Positions 1-13,378 of a DNA stretch of 35,119 nt are shown piece by piece. A program made the translations under genes and the position numbers. Origin of the DNA: Atractiella rhizophila (lineage: Eukaryota); assembly GCA_021432655.1 (NCBI GenBank), contig MU271652.1, positions 1 through 35,119 on the forward strand, written 5' to 3'. Position 1 is the first letter of the stretch; each line of letters starts with the position of its first letter. Under the pieces are notes generated by a model. The model saw only the letters and a list, made by a program, of their open reading frames with translations. It searched no databases and had not been told where the DNA came from.

Positions 1-1095
1 GGCATTTTGGGAGAGGGAATCGTCGTTCCACCTAAGTGGATCAACATGAGGTCGATGGAGTGCGAGGCGTATCGCTTCGGTATTTCCTTCAGTTCATCGA
101 CCAAGAGCGTGTCTCCAGATATGTATATTCTGTTCCCGAACGTTTTTCAGAAGGCTGAATAGAGAAGAGATAAGAAATAACCTGTAACCACAAGAAAACT
201 CGTCGCTTCCTGCACCCACCGATCCCAACTCAAGCATCCATCCATTCGTCGGTCTAATCAACCAACAAGCACTTCAGCTCCTGCTCGTCCTGTCAGACGG
301 AACGACAACTCACGGTACAGCACCAAGAAGGTCATTAGCTGCCCCAATGAGTCCATCAGGAACATGTTTCCCTGGCATAGCGGTGACCTTTAACGCCTTC
401 CTCTCCTCCTTTTCTCCAGGTTTATCAACCAAGCAACCATTCCAAAAGTCGAGACCGAGGACCTTCGTAAAACTTTCTTCTCCTTTTCCTTCGAGACAGC
501 CCTTAGCGTGGGGAGTGGTAATGATGGGTAGGTCCCTGCGTAGTTTGTCTTCTACTAGCTGGTCAAAATGGTCTGTTCCACCAGACCATGCCACACATCA
601 CAATCGGGTACGGCGTGAGGTGGTCAGAGATGGCACTGACCAGCGTGATAGTGTGACAGGAGGACGAGGTCGATCGGCGGTAGAGCCTCGATATCTATCG
701 CTGGGTTCGTCAATCTCGTGCCTGTTACTCCAGGGCCTAGATGCACCTAATCGCAGCAAATTAATCAGAACATCGCTCGAATTGAGATAGGAGATATCTA
801 CGTGATCCCCAGCGTGTAAGAAGTTGGGGTCAGTCATAATCCTCATATTCCCATGTTGAATGATGGTCGTGGCAGTTCCGACAAAATAGATCGATGCATC
901 CAAATCTTCAAGTTGCTGTCTGACCCCAGGGACATCACGATATTTCACGTCTAAGTTTGGAGGGAACTTCGTAGCCGTTGGGATTGGAGGTTGGTTGATT
1001 TTCAATTCGTCATGGGTACCTGCGACCGTCGGATCATGATGGGACAAAGAACGGAGAGGGGAAGACGGTGCAGGAGGGAGTCTGAGGTGCTGCAT
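1..1095 (-). CDS. Metallo-beta-lactamase-fold (UlaG/NAPE-PLD-like) hydrolase, multi-exon, 3' end runs off the window
   Basis: Manual splicing (introns 747-801, 573-640, 254-313, 130-181, all GT..AG) gives FVGTATT..IMTDPNFLHAGDHVHLGPG..IDLVLLSHYHADHFDQ..MPGKH..TNGWMLELG..RIYISGDT..LIHLGGT. This includes the HxHxDH metal-binding motif and the SGDT motif of MBL-fold proteins. Confidence 0.88.
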
Positions 1096-2334
1096 TTTGT
1101 TCCTACTTTATTTTGAGTGCGCTGGTCGTGAGAGGCGAGGGTAAGGTCGATGCGACGCTGGTACTTTAGCTCCAGCTCGATTCAGACGCCAGATGACGTC
1201 GATCATATTATATCAGCTTCTCGTGACTTCTTCTTTCCCTTCTCTTCATGCACTAATATTTATTCTTGACACTAAAGCGTCGACACGGTACCTCAAATTA
1301 GACTCTTCATATTCCTCGGGCAAATTGAATTATTTCTCGAAGCCGACAAATAAATGATCGTGTCTTTAAAACCTTTCTACCATTCAATATTATTGTTATT
1401 ATTTCGAACATCCTTCAACTTTCAATAATTTATACAATTTCCCTTGAAACTGTTTTCCACGGTGAAGCGCTTCGCTGAATGTTTCGTTATTTACGGATGA
1501 GAAGAATGAGAACAGGAAACAGGAAACAGGGACGTATGAAGCTAAGATGTACTTCGATAACGTCTCTGCTCATGTCGCACAACATGAATCCCACGGTCAC
1601 ACACACGTATGTCAGTCATGCAAAAAACAGTAACCAACCAAAAGGAATACGAATTGTAGTATCAGCCTCGCCGAACCGGTGTTGTGTTTCGGGCCCACGA
1701 AGCCGCCAGTCTGAAGCATTTGAGCGACGGAGGAAAAGAGAACATGATGCCCACCGCATCAAGCATCGCAAAGAGTTCGAAGCGCTCACTGGTCACTCTT
1801 TGACTTCTAGCTTGGAATAGGAGCACAGTGAGCTCCTGTCAGCCTTGGCTAGTAGATGGGGAGAGGTACTGTCTGGGCGTCACTGGAAATGGAGACGCGC
1901 AGGAAGAGTATAAAGAGGTGCAATAGAACATAACTGTATAAACAGAACGCGATATGTGACAGCTCGACGATTGCATTCGCACTTAACGAGTGTCGATGCT
2001 ACTAGGAAGGAAGAAAGACGAACGCCTTAGCACTTTCCGCTCTTGGACCCATCTTTTTACATTAGTTCTACATCCCTCAATATCCACGTACTCCTCCCTT
2101 GCTCTGGCCACATACTCTTCCAACTTCCAAGATCTGACTATTTCCCACTCGATAATAGGTTGTTCCCCAGTTTGCTCATGGTTGTTCCGATCACCCCACT
2201 TCTCACAGGAAACGAACACGAATTGCTTCGGCCAAAGCTGCTCCGTTTCATGCTCCCATATCGCTGTTAGTGCTGTGCCAGTGATATATATACTCTCGCC
2301 ATCGAACACCCTTGAATCCACCAACAACGACGGA

Positions 2335-3671
2335 ATGGCAACAACGACAACTCCCCCTCTCAATCCACCACACTCCAAATACTACGATGGCACCGACGTC
2401 TGGGCACGCCAATACGTCCTACGGCACACGACAGTGAAGGGGATCCAGCTCTTCTCGCTCGTCTACCCTCCGCTCCTACTTGCTGGCATGGCGTGGAAGC
2501 GCTCCTTCAGCGTGGGCAGGTTCATGAGGAACAGTGCGCTCGTGGGATTGGGAGGCGGAGCGGCTTTTGGTGCGCTCGCTGGATGGGGAAGGTTGAGGAG
2601 TGTGGAGGAGGAGGGTGTGAGGGATAGAGCGGAGAGGTTGAGGGCTAATTGGGGTCAGGTGTGCAATTTCCTTCTTTTTGCTTGCGACTTGTTCTTTGGG
2701 TTGATGATAGCGAGGGAGGAATGTTTTGAGTGTTTTGGTTAACTTTGTGTTGTGCCCATCATGTCACGCGACCATGGGCAGGAGTTGTCGAACAATACAA
2801 GCCCTACAACTTTGTCGCATGCATAATGTGGGGAGACACAGAGACAGGAGTTCCCAGCTGAATTCCTCAAGAGAGAAGGAAGCTTAGTATCCTTCTCTCC
2901 TATTTCTGTGTCCGCTTCACTACGATGAAATGGAATAAAGCGGACAACTGTTTGTATACATACACATGCACGTTATCATGCCAGTTTGTTGGAGGAAGTT
3001 CTCTATTCTTTCTTTCCTATTTTACATTTGGGTGTTGGTAACTCTTCACCTTTTTCGACTAGCTTAAGCTTTGTGGGAATATATTGTGATATAATTGCTG
3101 CTATAAGAGGTTTTCATGGAGCGGCTAGAACGCCATTATGACGCGTTAGAATTGCCATTTTTACGCTACGGCTACCTATTACTTCATTAAACACGCGACA
3201 GATCTGTAAAAAGTCAAATTCAGGAAAGGTTATTCTCGAATGATGAACGGCTCGATGAAACGAAGTATCACTTTTTTTTTTAATTCGCAATTTCATCGTT
3301 TGGCAATTGAAACCAGAACTGCTACTCTCCATCCCAAGTTCGCCGCACTGATACCACTCCGCAGAACACTGTCGATGACTACTCCCTCGTTGGAGGCTTC
3401 TTAGGTTCCCTCATCACCACCACCGTCTTCCTCCGACGCGCATCTCCTCTCTGGCTCGTCCCTGGAGGTGCCTCTTTAGGCGTCGCAGGAGGTATTCTAG
3501 CCCATGTCGTGCACAATTGGGACTATGTTAGGGGTTCGGGTGACTTGAAGCATAATCCGATGGTGGAAGAGGCACGGATGGCAATACAGGAGGTTAAGGA
3601 AGGTGGTGCGTTTTCCCTGCTCCGCCACAATGAGAACTGCTGATAATGTCGAGACAGCTAAAAAGGAATAG
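2335..3671 (+). CDS. Small (~192 aa) Gly-rich multi-TM hypothetical fungal membrane protein, 3 exons (2335-2658, 3365-3605, 3658-3671)
   Basis: TATA-like TATATATA near 2285 and ATG at 2335. The phase-0 donor at 2659 joins in frame to the acceptor at 3364 (..RLRANWGQ|NTVDDYSLVGGFLGSLITT..). Both main exons have hydrophobic GxxxG segments; stop TAG at 3669-3671. Confidence 0.7.
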
Positions 3672-4270
3672 TCGTCTGATCGATGGACCGTTCAACGTGC
3701 ATGTATATTCCCTCATCACTCACCTAAACCAAACCGTTGTTGTAATTTATGTTCCTATCTCAAACACAGTCAACGATACGGAGAGATCCTTTCATATTGT
3801 GTAGGAAGCAGAGTTTGGTATGGGTATGGATATGCAATTTCTCAACAAGCATGGACACAAACTGAACATTGATAATCAATAAGTATCGAATGAAACTTGT
3901 AAGTGTTTGAAATGAAATGAGTAGGAGGAGCAAATAGAAAGAGATCTAGTGACGAGATGAATGAAGGTGCGCGATGAAACAGGATATCCCATCTGAACGG
4001 ACTGCCATTGCCATGAATGGATACGCCTTCAAGCTTCTTCGAGTGACTTAAAATTGTTGCAGAGCAAAGCACTCGAACCTATTGCTGCAGCCAAAAATCA
4101 AAACGAACAAAGTAACGCTACTTTTCTTCGCTCCTCAGTTTAAAAATTCGATGTGAAAATTAGAAACAACCTCTGCCCTTCATGAATCTCAAAGACCAGT
4201 GGTCAACAATGTACTTTTGACCTCTTATCCCTCTCAACAACCGTGACGTTCGTCATATATCATCATGAAT

Positions 4271-7212
4271 CTAACAATACACTTTAACGATCCCATCCGC
4301 ACCAGCGCTCCCTAAGACAGGAGAAGTCGGGTGGTACTTGACGTCTAGGATACCTTCGCCACCCTTATTCCGGTGGCTTGAGATCTCCTGCACGCAGGTC
4401 TTCGACTGGATATCCCAGAACCGGATGGAGCAATCATGCCCGCCGGATACTAGCGTGAGGCCTGATGGATCGATGTCGAGGGATGTAACGGAATCGAGAT
4501 GAGCAAGCATCGAGTGCGTACATGCGCCTGTTTAGGGAAATATCGACGTCAGGTGGATGTCAAAGGAGAAGAATGAGATGAAGGTACCTGTGTTGATGTC
4601 GAAGAATCGGATATATTTGTCTTCGTGGGCAGTTATTAGTAACGGAAGGGTCGGATGGGTGATGACTTTGTTGATCTGCGTTGCTGGTGTTCCATCTAGC
4701 ATCACTAACATCAATCTCCTGACTATAAAGATGGAAAAGGCTGATGACACACCGCTAGTCTCATCGCTCTTAAACTTGAGAACCATCCTTCCAGTTTCAA
4801 GATCAAAAAGCCTAACCACCGAATCCTGCCACCCGACGGCGAGTTTCTTCATATCGCTATTGACGACCGCAACCGAGGTCGGAGCGAGTTGTTTCTCCTC
4901 TCCCTCTCCTCCAGCGCCGCGATAATCCCAACTGCTCTTCAACGGGTTCTTGAGCGTCTCAGTGCTCCACACCTTGACCGTCCCATCCGCGCTGCTCGTC
5001 GCCAATAAATTCTTGAAAGGTAGGAGCGCCATGTCCCAGATCGCGTCTGAGTGCCCGACGAGTGTCGTGATCTTCATGCTCGGGTCGTACGGAGCATATG
5101 TCTCCCGATCCCGTGATGGGATTGCCCAGACGTGCACGGTCGCGTCTAGGGAGGAAGAGTAGATACGTTCCTGTTGTGTAGAAAGTGCTATACTTGTTAC
5201 GGTGGAGGAATGGCCACGGAATGTGACTTGGGGTTCTGTCTCTGGTAATGACGACCGCATGCTGTATTCCAATGTCAAACAACGTGGCAAAAAAAATGGG
5301 AAAGGATACGCACTTGTTCGCTCCCAAAGACTGAGACGATAACCGCCAGAATTTCACGGTACAATCGTCACCTCCACTCGCAATACTAAGATCTTGCCAA
5401 TCGAACGCAATGCAGCGGACCGAATCCAAATGGCTGTCATCCATCGCATCACATTAGACTTTCAGAACCAATTCTTGCTCGAAAGCGAGGGATGAAAACA
5501 CACCTTCTCAACGTCTTCCGTGCCCTCCACACCTTATGTCCAGTCCCATTAGTCTCCTCCTTCTCGTCCTCCCACTTTTCCTCCCCTCCTCTCTCCCCAA
5601 TCTCATCTTTCTTCTTCAGCTTTTCACTCTTAACAGCCATCCCCATTCCTTCCCCCGCCTTCCTCAGACGCTCCTTCCACTCCTCACTACTCCCCGGCCT
5701 AAAAATGGCCGTCACCCTGTTCCCAACTTGCGACTCATCATATTCGCTAGCTGCAGCGGATAGATCCTCATAATCTGAGCCGGCAAAAGCGGAGGCGACT
5801 ACACCAGCGGAAGAAGGAGGAGAGGACCGGTGCTCGTTCCCTTGTTGAGATTGGATCTGGGGAGGTGCAGCCTTCTCTTTCTCACGAAGCATGGTGAACA
5901 TGTCGCCCGCGATGTGGCTCCCCGATCCATGTGGAGCTTCCGACCCTACGTTCGCGACTGGTGGTGCACCAGTATGGGGTAGAGGTTCACCAGTGGACAT
6001 TGTGGAGGGAGGAGGGACGGAGTTGAGGGATTTCCGGATGCGAGGGATGCCGGACCATGTGTGGCTTGGTAAAGGATTGAGGGTCGCATTCGAGGTGAGG
6101 TAGGTGATTTCTTGCAGACATCTTTCAACACAAAAACCGTTCACCTATGTCATCTGAGGAGAATGAAAAGACAAACTGCTTCAAATAATCCCTGCTCCTC
6201 GCCTTCCCCCGTCCTACATTCACCCCTCCTCCTCCCGCTCCCACTCCACCCCAAGTCCCACCAAAACGGTCCGCGACGTTGGGGAGGTCTCCATCACCTT
6301 TCAGGAGCGGGGAGCTAGCACCGGAGTCCGTTCCTCCGCGTTCTATGCTCGCGAGTGCGGCGACCTTGGAAGGCGGTATTGCGGACGCTGGATGAGCAGG
6401 TAAGGAAGCAGGGTGCGGTGGGACAGAGGTGGGGGGCGAGCTGTTAAGTCCACCGGCGTGCGGAAGGGCGCTGTTCAGGTTCGAGGTGAGGTACTTGGAC
6501 CGCTCTTGTTTGAGCGCGAATTCGAGCATCTTCACCCGACGCATTAAATCCGTCTTGAGATTCTCCATCGACCGTCGTTCTCCTTCGAGCAACGCTATCC
6601 GTGCCTGCAATCAACGGTGCATTAGTATTCACAGGTTATTTGCTAATTTCAAGAAGGATCAAGTGTGGTATTGACACTTTGTAGCTCAAAAAGCCTATGT
6701 CTGTCTCTGCTAAACACCTCCTGCCATTTAGAATGTGCATCATTGAACCCTTCTGCTTCTCCCACGCGTCAAAGGGATCTAATATAAATGCATATGCAGT
6801 AGACAGGTGCAGAACGACGGTGTCCTCAGCACGCTCAGTTTCTGTCGCGACTTTTTTGCTACCTGAATGTAAAGAAACGCCGTACCCTCATCTCAGCTCT
6901 CTCAATCTCCCACTCGTTCCTATCCCTCTCAAACTTCCTCCACTCCGCCTGCAAATAATGCAGCACGTTCCCCAGATTCATATGCACCATCCCTCCACCA
7001 CCACCCATGCTTCCCACGCCAACTCCTGGGGGACCCATATGCTGGACATGCTGCTGCTGCTGCTGTTGGCCCTGACCCTGTTGCTGTTGCTGCTGAGGAG
7101 GGTTTGGGTTCTGGTCGAATATGGACGGCTGCTGTTCCTGCGCGGAATAGGAAGGCTGTGAGTTCTGAGGCAGGGAGATTGAGAGGGACGAGGGTGGCTG
7201 CCACGGCAACAT
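4271..7212 (-). CDS. Striatin (PP2A B''' / STRIPAK scaffold, Far8/Pro11/HAM-3 homolog), 7 exons
   Basis: N-terminal striatin signature VLHYLQAEWRKFERDRNEWEIERAEMR|ARIALLEGERR..DLMRRVKMLEFALKQER, then SRDYLKQCLQEITYL and C-terminal WD40 repeats. Introns 6605-6885, 6122-6176, 5434-5503, 5262-5313, 4696-4752 and 4528-4587 all keep the frame. Confidence 0.95.
7048..7094 (-). repeat. CAG/CAA microsatellite encoding the poly-Q tract in the striatin N-terminus
   Basis: (ctg)n/(ttg)n run on the + strand, translating to QQQQQQGQGQQQQQQ. Confidence 0.85.
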
Positions 7213-7889
7213 TGCAGAATCGAGGAGGGTATTACGGGGGATTAGCAAAAAGAGGAGAAGAAGTGTCGTGCGTGGTCGTGTTCAGTCGGGTGATAGGGTT
7301 AGGGACTCCTCAGAAAAACATGCAATGTTTGTGTTTGTGAAATAACATTTCGAAATGTTGGTGCAGCAGTATGATATGAGATCGACATGGTGTTTAGGCT
7401 GTTGCTTAAGACGTTCGAGTTGCTCAATTATAGACTTCGCGCAGTTTGTCTCTTTCCTCGTTCTTCCAGCTCAGGTACAACCACTGGGTTAGTATGACGC
7501 TTCTCCTTCTTGTTCCCGTCTTCCTTACTATCCCCTCTTTAATTGGCGCAGCTTAGAGGTATTTTCTTTCGTTCGCCAAAGTCACGTGACCTGACTGAAC
7601 CTCAATGTTTATCCTGATTTTTTGGTATCATTAACAATGCCTGAAGAGGGATGGTTCTGAATTCATGAAGATCTTGTTCTCTCCTCTCTGTTAAGTGAAA
7701 ATATTTTGTTCTCTTCGCAAGCAGATGGAAATTATAATGATTCTTGCAGTGCTGTACTAAGTTTATGCTGAGGATATTATGGTACAAATGTGTGGAAACA
7801 AACAACATTATTGATACAACCACAGACGTTAGTTCTGTTGGCTATGTCACGCGCAGTGACTGCTGAGTTGGAGATATTTATGGTCTTGT

Positions 7890-10800
7890 TCACGGATTTC
7901 GTTCTTCTGGAGGTCTAGTGCTGTTTCTCAGCCACACGTTGACAATACGACAAAGAGAGAGAGAGGACGAACCTCCACTTGACGCCCAATATTCTAAAGA
8001 TTTCTTCCTCACTTTCTCCTGCCACCTTCTCCCCATTCGTCGTCTTCGCGCCTCCCGCCTGCTTTCTCAGTACCTGTCCAATACGTGAGCTTCTAGTGTT
8101 GTATTGGACCAGACAATTTGATGAGACGAACCCCCTTGTACAATCCACATTGGTTCAGACTGTACCCCATATGCCGAGCCTTTAAACGTAAGGATCGGTT
8201 GAAAATATCGTTTCCAGTGAAGTAGATCCAAGCCGCACCGCGTTCATCCCACGGCACCCCAAGAATGTCTACTCTTCTCATTAACACGTCGTCTTCTGAA
8301 GGCAAAGGAAAGAGACAGACCGATGCGACGCTGTTTGCCATCAGGGGTAGATTTGCAGAGCCCCATGTAACTAGAGTCGCCGTCATACAAAATACATGAC
8401 GGAGGGGAAACCCACCGAAAACTGAGCGATTCGTAGCAATCCGGTTCACCCAGATCAAAGGTGATAATGCCAGCTTCCTTGAGCCTTCCGAGGAGCGGCT
8501 TGATCAGACCTACGAAGAAATATCAGCTTCATTAGGATAGACACGGGCGGAGACGGAGCTGCAAACCTCTATGATCTCTTCCGTACTTTGGATTTCTCGT
8601 CAAACAAAAGTCAATATCCCCACTATCCTTCGCTCCCCTCCTGTAGGATCCCATGATGGTCAACTCCAGTCGTTTGTCCAAACCCCTTGCTACTTCCTTC
8701 ACCTTCTTCCCGATCAATTCGATCTCCTCTCGAGGGATGCGGCACTTCAAATCTTCGTAAAACCTCAACCCGATCTCCTGCGCCGTGCTCAGCTTGATCC
8801 CTTCAAATGTGCGCTCTCGCAAGTCTTCGATCGTTCGCGCTCCAGCTCGATACCATTTCGACGCCGTTGTCTTTCCCACGCCTACAGAATAACTGCATGA
8901 GGATGCATCTTGGAGAGGCAGGAGCGAACCGTAAATGTCACTGAATACGGAGACCACCTTATCTTCCTCTGTCACCATCTCTAAACGACGATGATTACCG
9001 GTCTTGACAATCTCAACAATCTGTTGACATGACATGTCGGTCGGGCGGTAAGCTGTGTTTGGAGGATGGCTCACCTTATGAGCAGTTTGGGCACCGACAC
9101 CAGGTAGAGCGATAGCTTTCTGGTATGTATCAACGAGGTGGGTACACTTTCGTAACGCAGTTTGAGCTGAACCTATTGATGAGCTACATCCGATGAGATG
9201 AGGAGTAGAAACCTCACCTTTTGATAAGGCCATTTGGCGCCAATTGTCTGCGGCAATAGACTTCATCTTCTCCAACTGAAAACTGAGATCAGCGGTCCGA
9301 CCCTCGACATGATAAGTACACATACCACCTGTATGGTGTGTTGATTGGGCCCATTGTCCCTAGCTCCCTTCATGTTCTGGCCCTCACATATGTATCGAGC
9401 CCCCTAATCACACACATTAGGCCGCACAATGAATTGGAAGCAAAACCCAACCCTTCGATCGACAACCTGCTTCTTAGTCTTCCTCCTGTTCTTTGCCTTC
9501 AATCGACCTTCATCGTTATCGTTATCGTCCTCAGAGTCGCCTGGACCTGGCTCTTCATTTAGGAGCATGAGCGGGTTTATCATTCCTTTTGCCTCAGCAG
9601 CCTCCTCTTCCCACTCCTCCTGAATATCCTTGTCAATCAGCCAAGCCCTGAAATAGATCGAAAATATACGATGTACCTCACCAGTATCGTCACCCAATCG
9701 AGCAAGCTCAAGCTCCCTGGACATATCCTCAAACTTGTCTTCTTTCCTTTTCGCCTTTGAACTATCGCCATGATCGACGGAGTATTCAATGGAATCCTCA
9801 TCTTCTACCTCGCCTGATTTCGATCCTTGCTGGTCCACCTCATCTATGGGTTCTGAAGGACGGGTGGACGTCTCTTGGGAGCTGATCGGAGGTTGATACT
9901 TCGAATATCCCTTTCTTACGATACTGCGTACACATCACCTCACAATTCTGAGGAAGGATAACGGATGTGAAGCCACATACCTCGAATTTGACCGACTCGT
10001 CCTGTCTTGCCCGTCACTTGAACCAATTCGCCAACGATCAGCACTAGCTGCTGCATTATTAAAAACATACACAGCTTTCCCTGTCATCATCGAACCGGCT
10101 TTCTTGTCATTTTCGAAGAGATTCACCATCCAAGGTTTGTAGTCGCTTACGAATTTGATCTTCATCGCATTGAGCCACCAATGGTGTTTCACAACCTTGA
10201 CCCCTCTCAAATTCTCTAGGTCTTCTTCGAGCATGCCCAACGATTCCAAAAGACCCTTCTTCCACCTTCCTCCAGTCCTCTCCAAAGTATCATACGACTC
10301 AGGGAGGATGATGTGCGTTGTCCTCTTCTCTTCCGGCCCATTGAGGACGAGTTCCAGGTGAAGGTCGGCTCCATGTTTCAGGGAGTTAAGCATCCTCAAA
10401 CGAATGGCGGTATCGAGCATTCCGTGCTTCCTGTCTACATTCGCGTTCACCAGGGATAACCTGAGCCGTGCGGAAGTGGGAGGAGGTACGACTGGATTGA
10501 CGAAATGGAACCTGAGACCATTAAACACCTTCTTCCTCTCGCCAGCACCGCCAGCATCCCCACCCTTCTTCTCGTCGTCCTCTGATTCAGAATCATCGCT
10601 GTCCCTGTGCACGATCCTCGGGTGGGTCTCGTCCCATTTCTTCTGAGCTAACAGGAGCTCTCCATACGCCTTGATTGTAGGATATTCTTTCAAGATCTTC
10701 GTCGGAGGTGGTTCCACCGGCCGAGCATCTCCTTGACCGGAACGCGAATTCCTTCCCCTCTTCCCGGTCGTCGGTGCGGCGGCAGCATGAGTGGTGGACG

Positions 10801-12043
10801 ATGCGGGGGCGTTGTTACTCTTCCGTTTCTTTGCTGGCGGTGGGACGTCTTCATTCTTCTTCCTGGAACGCGCGAAAACGGGAGGAGAATCAGCACGGCG
10901 CTTCAAGGCTGGTGCAGGTCGTGGAGAGGAATGAGGTGGCAGGGAGTGGGAGCGAGACACTGAAGACGGTGGATGAACTGGATCCTCGATTGTTTTTGGT
11001 TCTCGCACCAAAAGACTACCGAGCAAGGTACTTCGTTCACCTTGCTGGTTCCAAGTCTCCTGCCCCAACCCCAACCGCCCTTCCGTGTCTTTCGGGGTCA
11101 ATCTGGATTCTCCGTCGTTCACCACATCACGTTGCTTCTCCCCATGACAGAGCACGTCTTTCCCGCCCATACCAGAGTCAATACTGGCCTCTTCCTCCGT
11201 CCCCCTCCTCTTCAAGATCCATACTGGGCCTTCTTCGTACTTCCTCTTGGTCCCATCGCGCTTCTCACTCTTTCCACTCTGGTCCTTCTGCCTTTCTATT
11301 TCCATTTCGTTCAGACTATCCTTCTCCTTCTGCATTTCCGCAGCGACGGGAAGGCTCACGTAGCGCTGAGAAGATGCGAATGTATTCAACTGCTGAGTGG
11401 GTAGAGGGTAGGAAATTGATGAGGAGAGGAGAATATGTGGAGGACGCGGTGGAGGCAGAGCGAAGGAAGGGAGCAGAGAGATGGAGTCATCTACGCCTTG
11501 TATCTGCGATACAATAGAGGAATCCTTCGCCCCTTGAGCCCGTTTATTTTCCGAATTTGGCGTCACATTAAAGTCAGATACTATGTCGTCAGAGAGGTGC
11601 TTGAAAATATCCTGGCGAGTAGTATAATTCTTGGTTATTGTAGCGGATACCTTCTTGGGATGGACTGGTTTTCCTTGCGCGGACAAGACGAAGATGGATT
11701 GTCGACGTTTCTGTTCGTTCCTGCTCTCCTTGCTCGTCTTCTGCCCACTCCATGGATTGTTGATGCCATTTTGACTCTGTTCGATCTGTCTCCTGCCTTC
11801 TTCTTCTTCCTCCTTCGAACCAGCAAGTATGACCTTTAAGCTGCCTTTGATTAACCCCTCCCTCTCTTCCTCCTCTTCTGCAGCCTCCTTACCCTCCAAA
11901 AGTTCAAACATCTCCTTCTGCTGCCTCAAAAACCGCTTATTCAGATCCTGTTCCTTCATCCCCCTCCGTATCTCCTTCTCCACTTCCATCTCCTCCGAAG
12001 AACTCGAAACATCTCTGAAATCTCGAGCATCCATGGATAACAT
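7890..12043 (-). CDS. X-family DNA polymerase (Pol lambda/Pol4-like) with BRCT domain and long disordered N-terminus; multi-exon, start codon uncertain
   Basis: Motifs LPGVGAQTA (HhH), GVGKTTA, MGSYRRG..SGDIDF, RRVDIL, YFTGNDIFNRSLR, SLNQ and EEEIFRILG..RPPEERNP*. YFTG (rather than GWTG) indicates lambda-like. A BRCT-like segment (VFNGLRFHF..THIIL..VVKHHWW) lies at ~10150-10530. Confidence 0.92.
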
Positions 12044-12329
12044 GTGTTTGTAATGTGCGTCCCGATCGGATGGGGAGAGGAGTGAAGACTGCAGGAGGAA
12101 GGAGGATGCTTGGTTGGGGAAAGAGTAGTTCGTAACGTGTTGAGCCGTAATGTGGACCAAGAGGTCGGATGAGGCTAATTTTGAAAGGTGCTTGACGTTG
12201 GAAAGTCTGTGACAGGGTCAATCACTGTAGTTTGTTTCCCGAAGGTGGAACACACGGGTCACTAGGTCCCACCGTCTGCTGGCGACTGGGCATCACGCAA
12301 AATATTCAGATATGTACAATATGCAAAGT

Positions 12330-13210
12330 AACAGCAAACATGGACTCTGAAAATGAAATAATTGTCTCTGGCTCTGTTTCAGCAGTCCAAGTCATTTCAA
12401 CAACAATGGTTGTCAAACAGTGTTCATGATATGAGTCATTAATAACCTGCATTGTCCGAATTATTTTCTCTTCGCATTTGACTTTTGAACAACCTTGCAA
12501 GTTACAAGATATCTACAAACATAAGTGAGTCGCTTGAAAAGGTATAAGGTCGACCGAAGTGGTCAATCCATTTCTTGCAGTATTCTTAACTTGTGCCTGT
12601 TTTCACAGTTATTCGACACAAAGCTGATAAACATGCATCCAGCCGTGGTAGAAATAAGAGTTTTATAGTTCTCACAATGCAAAGCGAGGTCTGTGACTAG
12701 TATTACTCTGTGTGACAGCCCAGGTTCAAGTTGGACAAGAATACCACCCACCAGATACTGTAAAAGACCTGCAACGAGAAGTACTCTCCCCGGGATGCAT
12801 ATGGTCTCCAACTTTATCTCATGCTTTCGTGATCCCTCATCTATGTCAAACTTGGAACTGCTCCGATTCCCAACCTGTTGACACTCTCACCTTATCCGGC
12901 GTCATAAACCTCACAGACCTCACATCCACTCTTTTGCTTGCCCACGGACCACGTCTGCAAATCTGCGCCTATGATGGAATGGATTTCAAGTTGATGCTCC
13001 TTGCTGCTTCAGACGAATGACATCGACCCCGTGACGCTTTGCGAGACATTTACTTTTGTCTTCACTTCACTCCATTGCACTTCTCTATCTAAGACCTTCT
13101 TCCTCCTTCCTGAAGTTCGCCATTTCGAAATTCACATTCGCAGGTTGGAAGGTTACATAATCAAAATCCAAGTCGCAGCCTCATGCCAGCAGAGATGCAC
13201 AATCCGATAA
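12330..13210 (+). pseudogene. Possible decayed gene fragments (Leu-rich, repeat-like)
   Basis: Several short overlapping + frames with protein-like Leu-rich segments (e.g. VDTLTLSGVINLTDLTSTLLLAHGPRLQ) broken by stops and frameshifts, plus a GTGAGT donor near 12525. No family recognised. Confidence 0.25.
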
Positions 13211-13378
13211 CTCTGATAGGAGCTACGATGTTAAAATTCTGTGATTCTTATTGATTTAGATAACATACACATATACTCTGTAAATCATTCGTGTTCGTTT
13301 GAAGCTTACATGCTGATAGACACAAATGCCACAAAACATTACAAAAGCTCGAGGAAATCACATACAATGCTAGCGTAA

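Noticed and set aside
2990..3332. GGAAGTTCT ... ACCAGAACTGCTAC resembling the RNase P/MRP P4 strands
   Set aside because: The spacing does not fit the CR-I/CR-V consensus and I could not build P1/P2; left to an Rfam search.
7581..7590. GTCACGTGAC palindrome (bHLH/Cbf1-type site) upstream of striatin and in each LTR
   Set aside because: Plausible regulatory site but a common motif; function cannot be supported from sequence alone.
10500..12160. Very long N-terminal extension on the Pol X as a possible novel fusion
   Set aside because: Low-complexity, charged, apparently disordered sequence with no recognisable extra domain before the BRCT.
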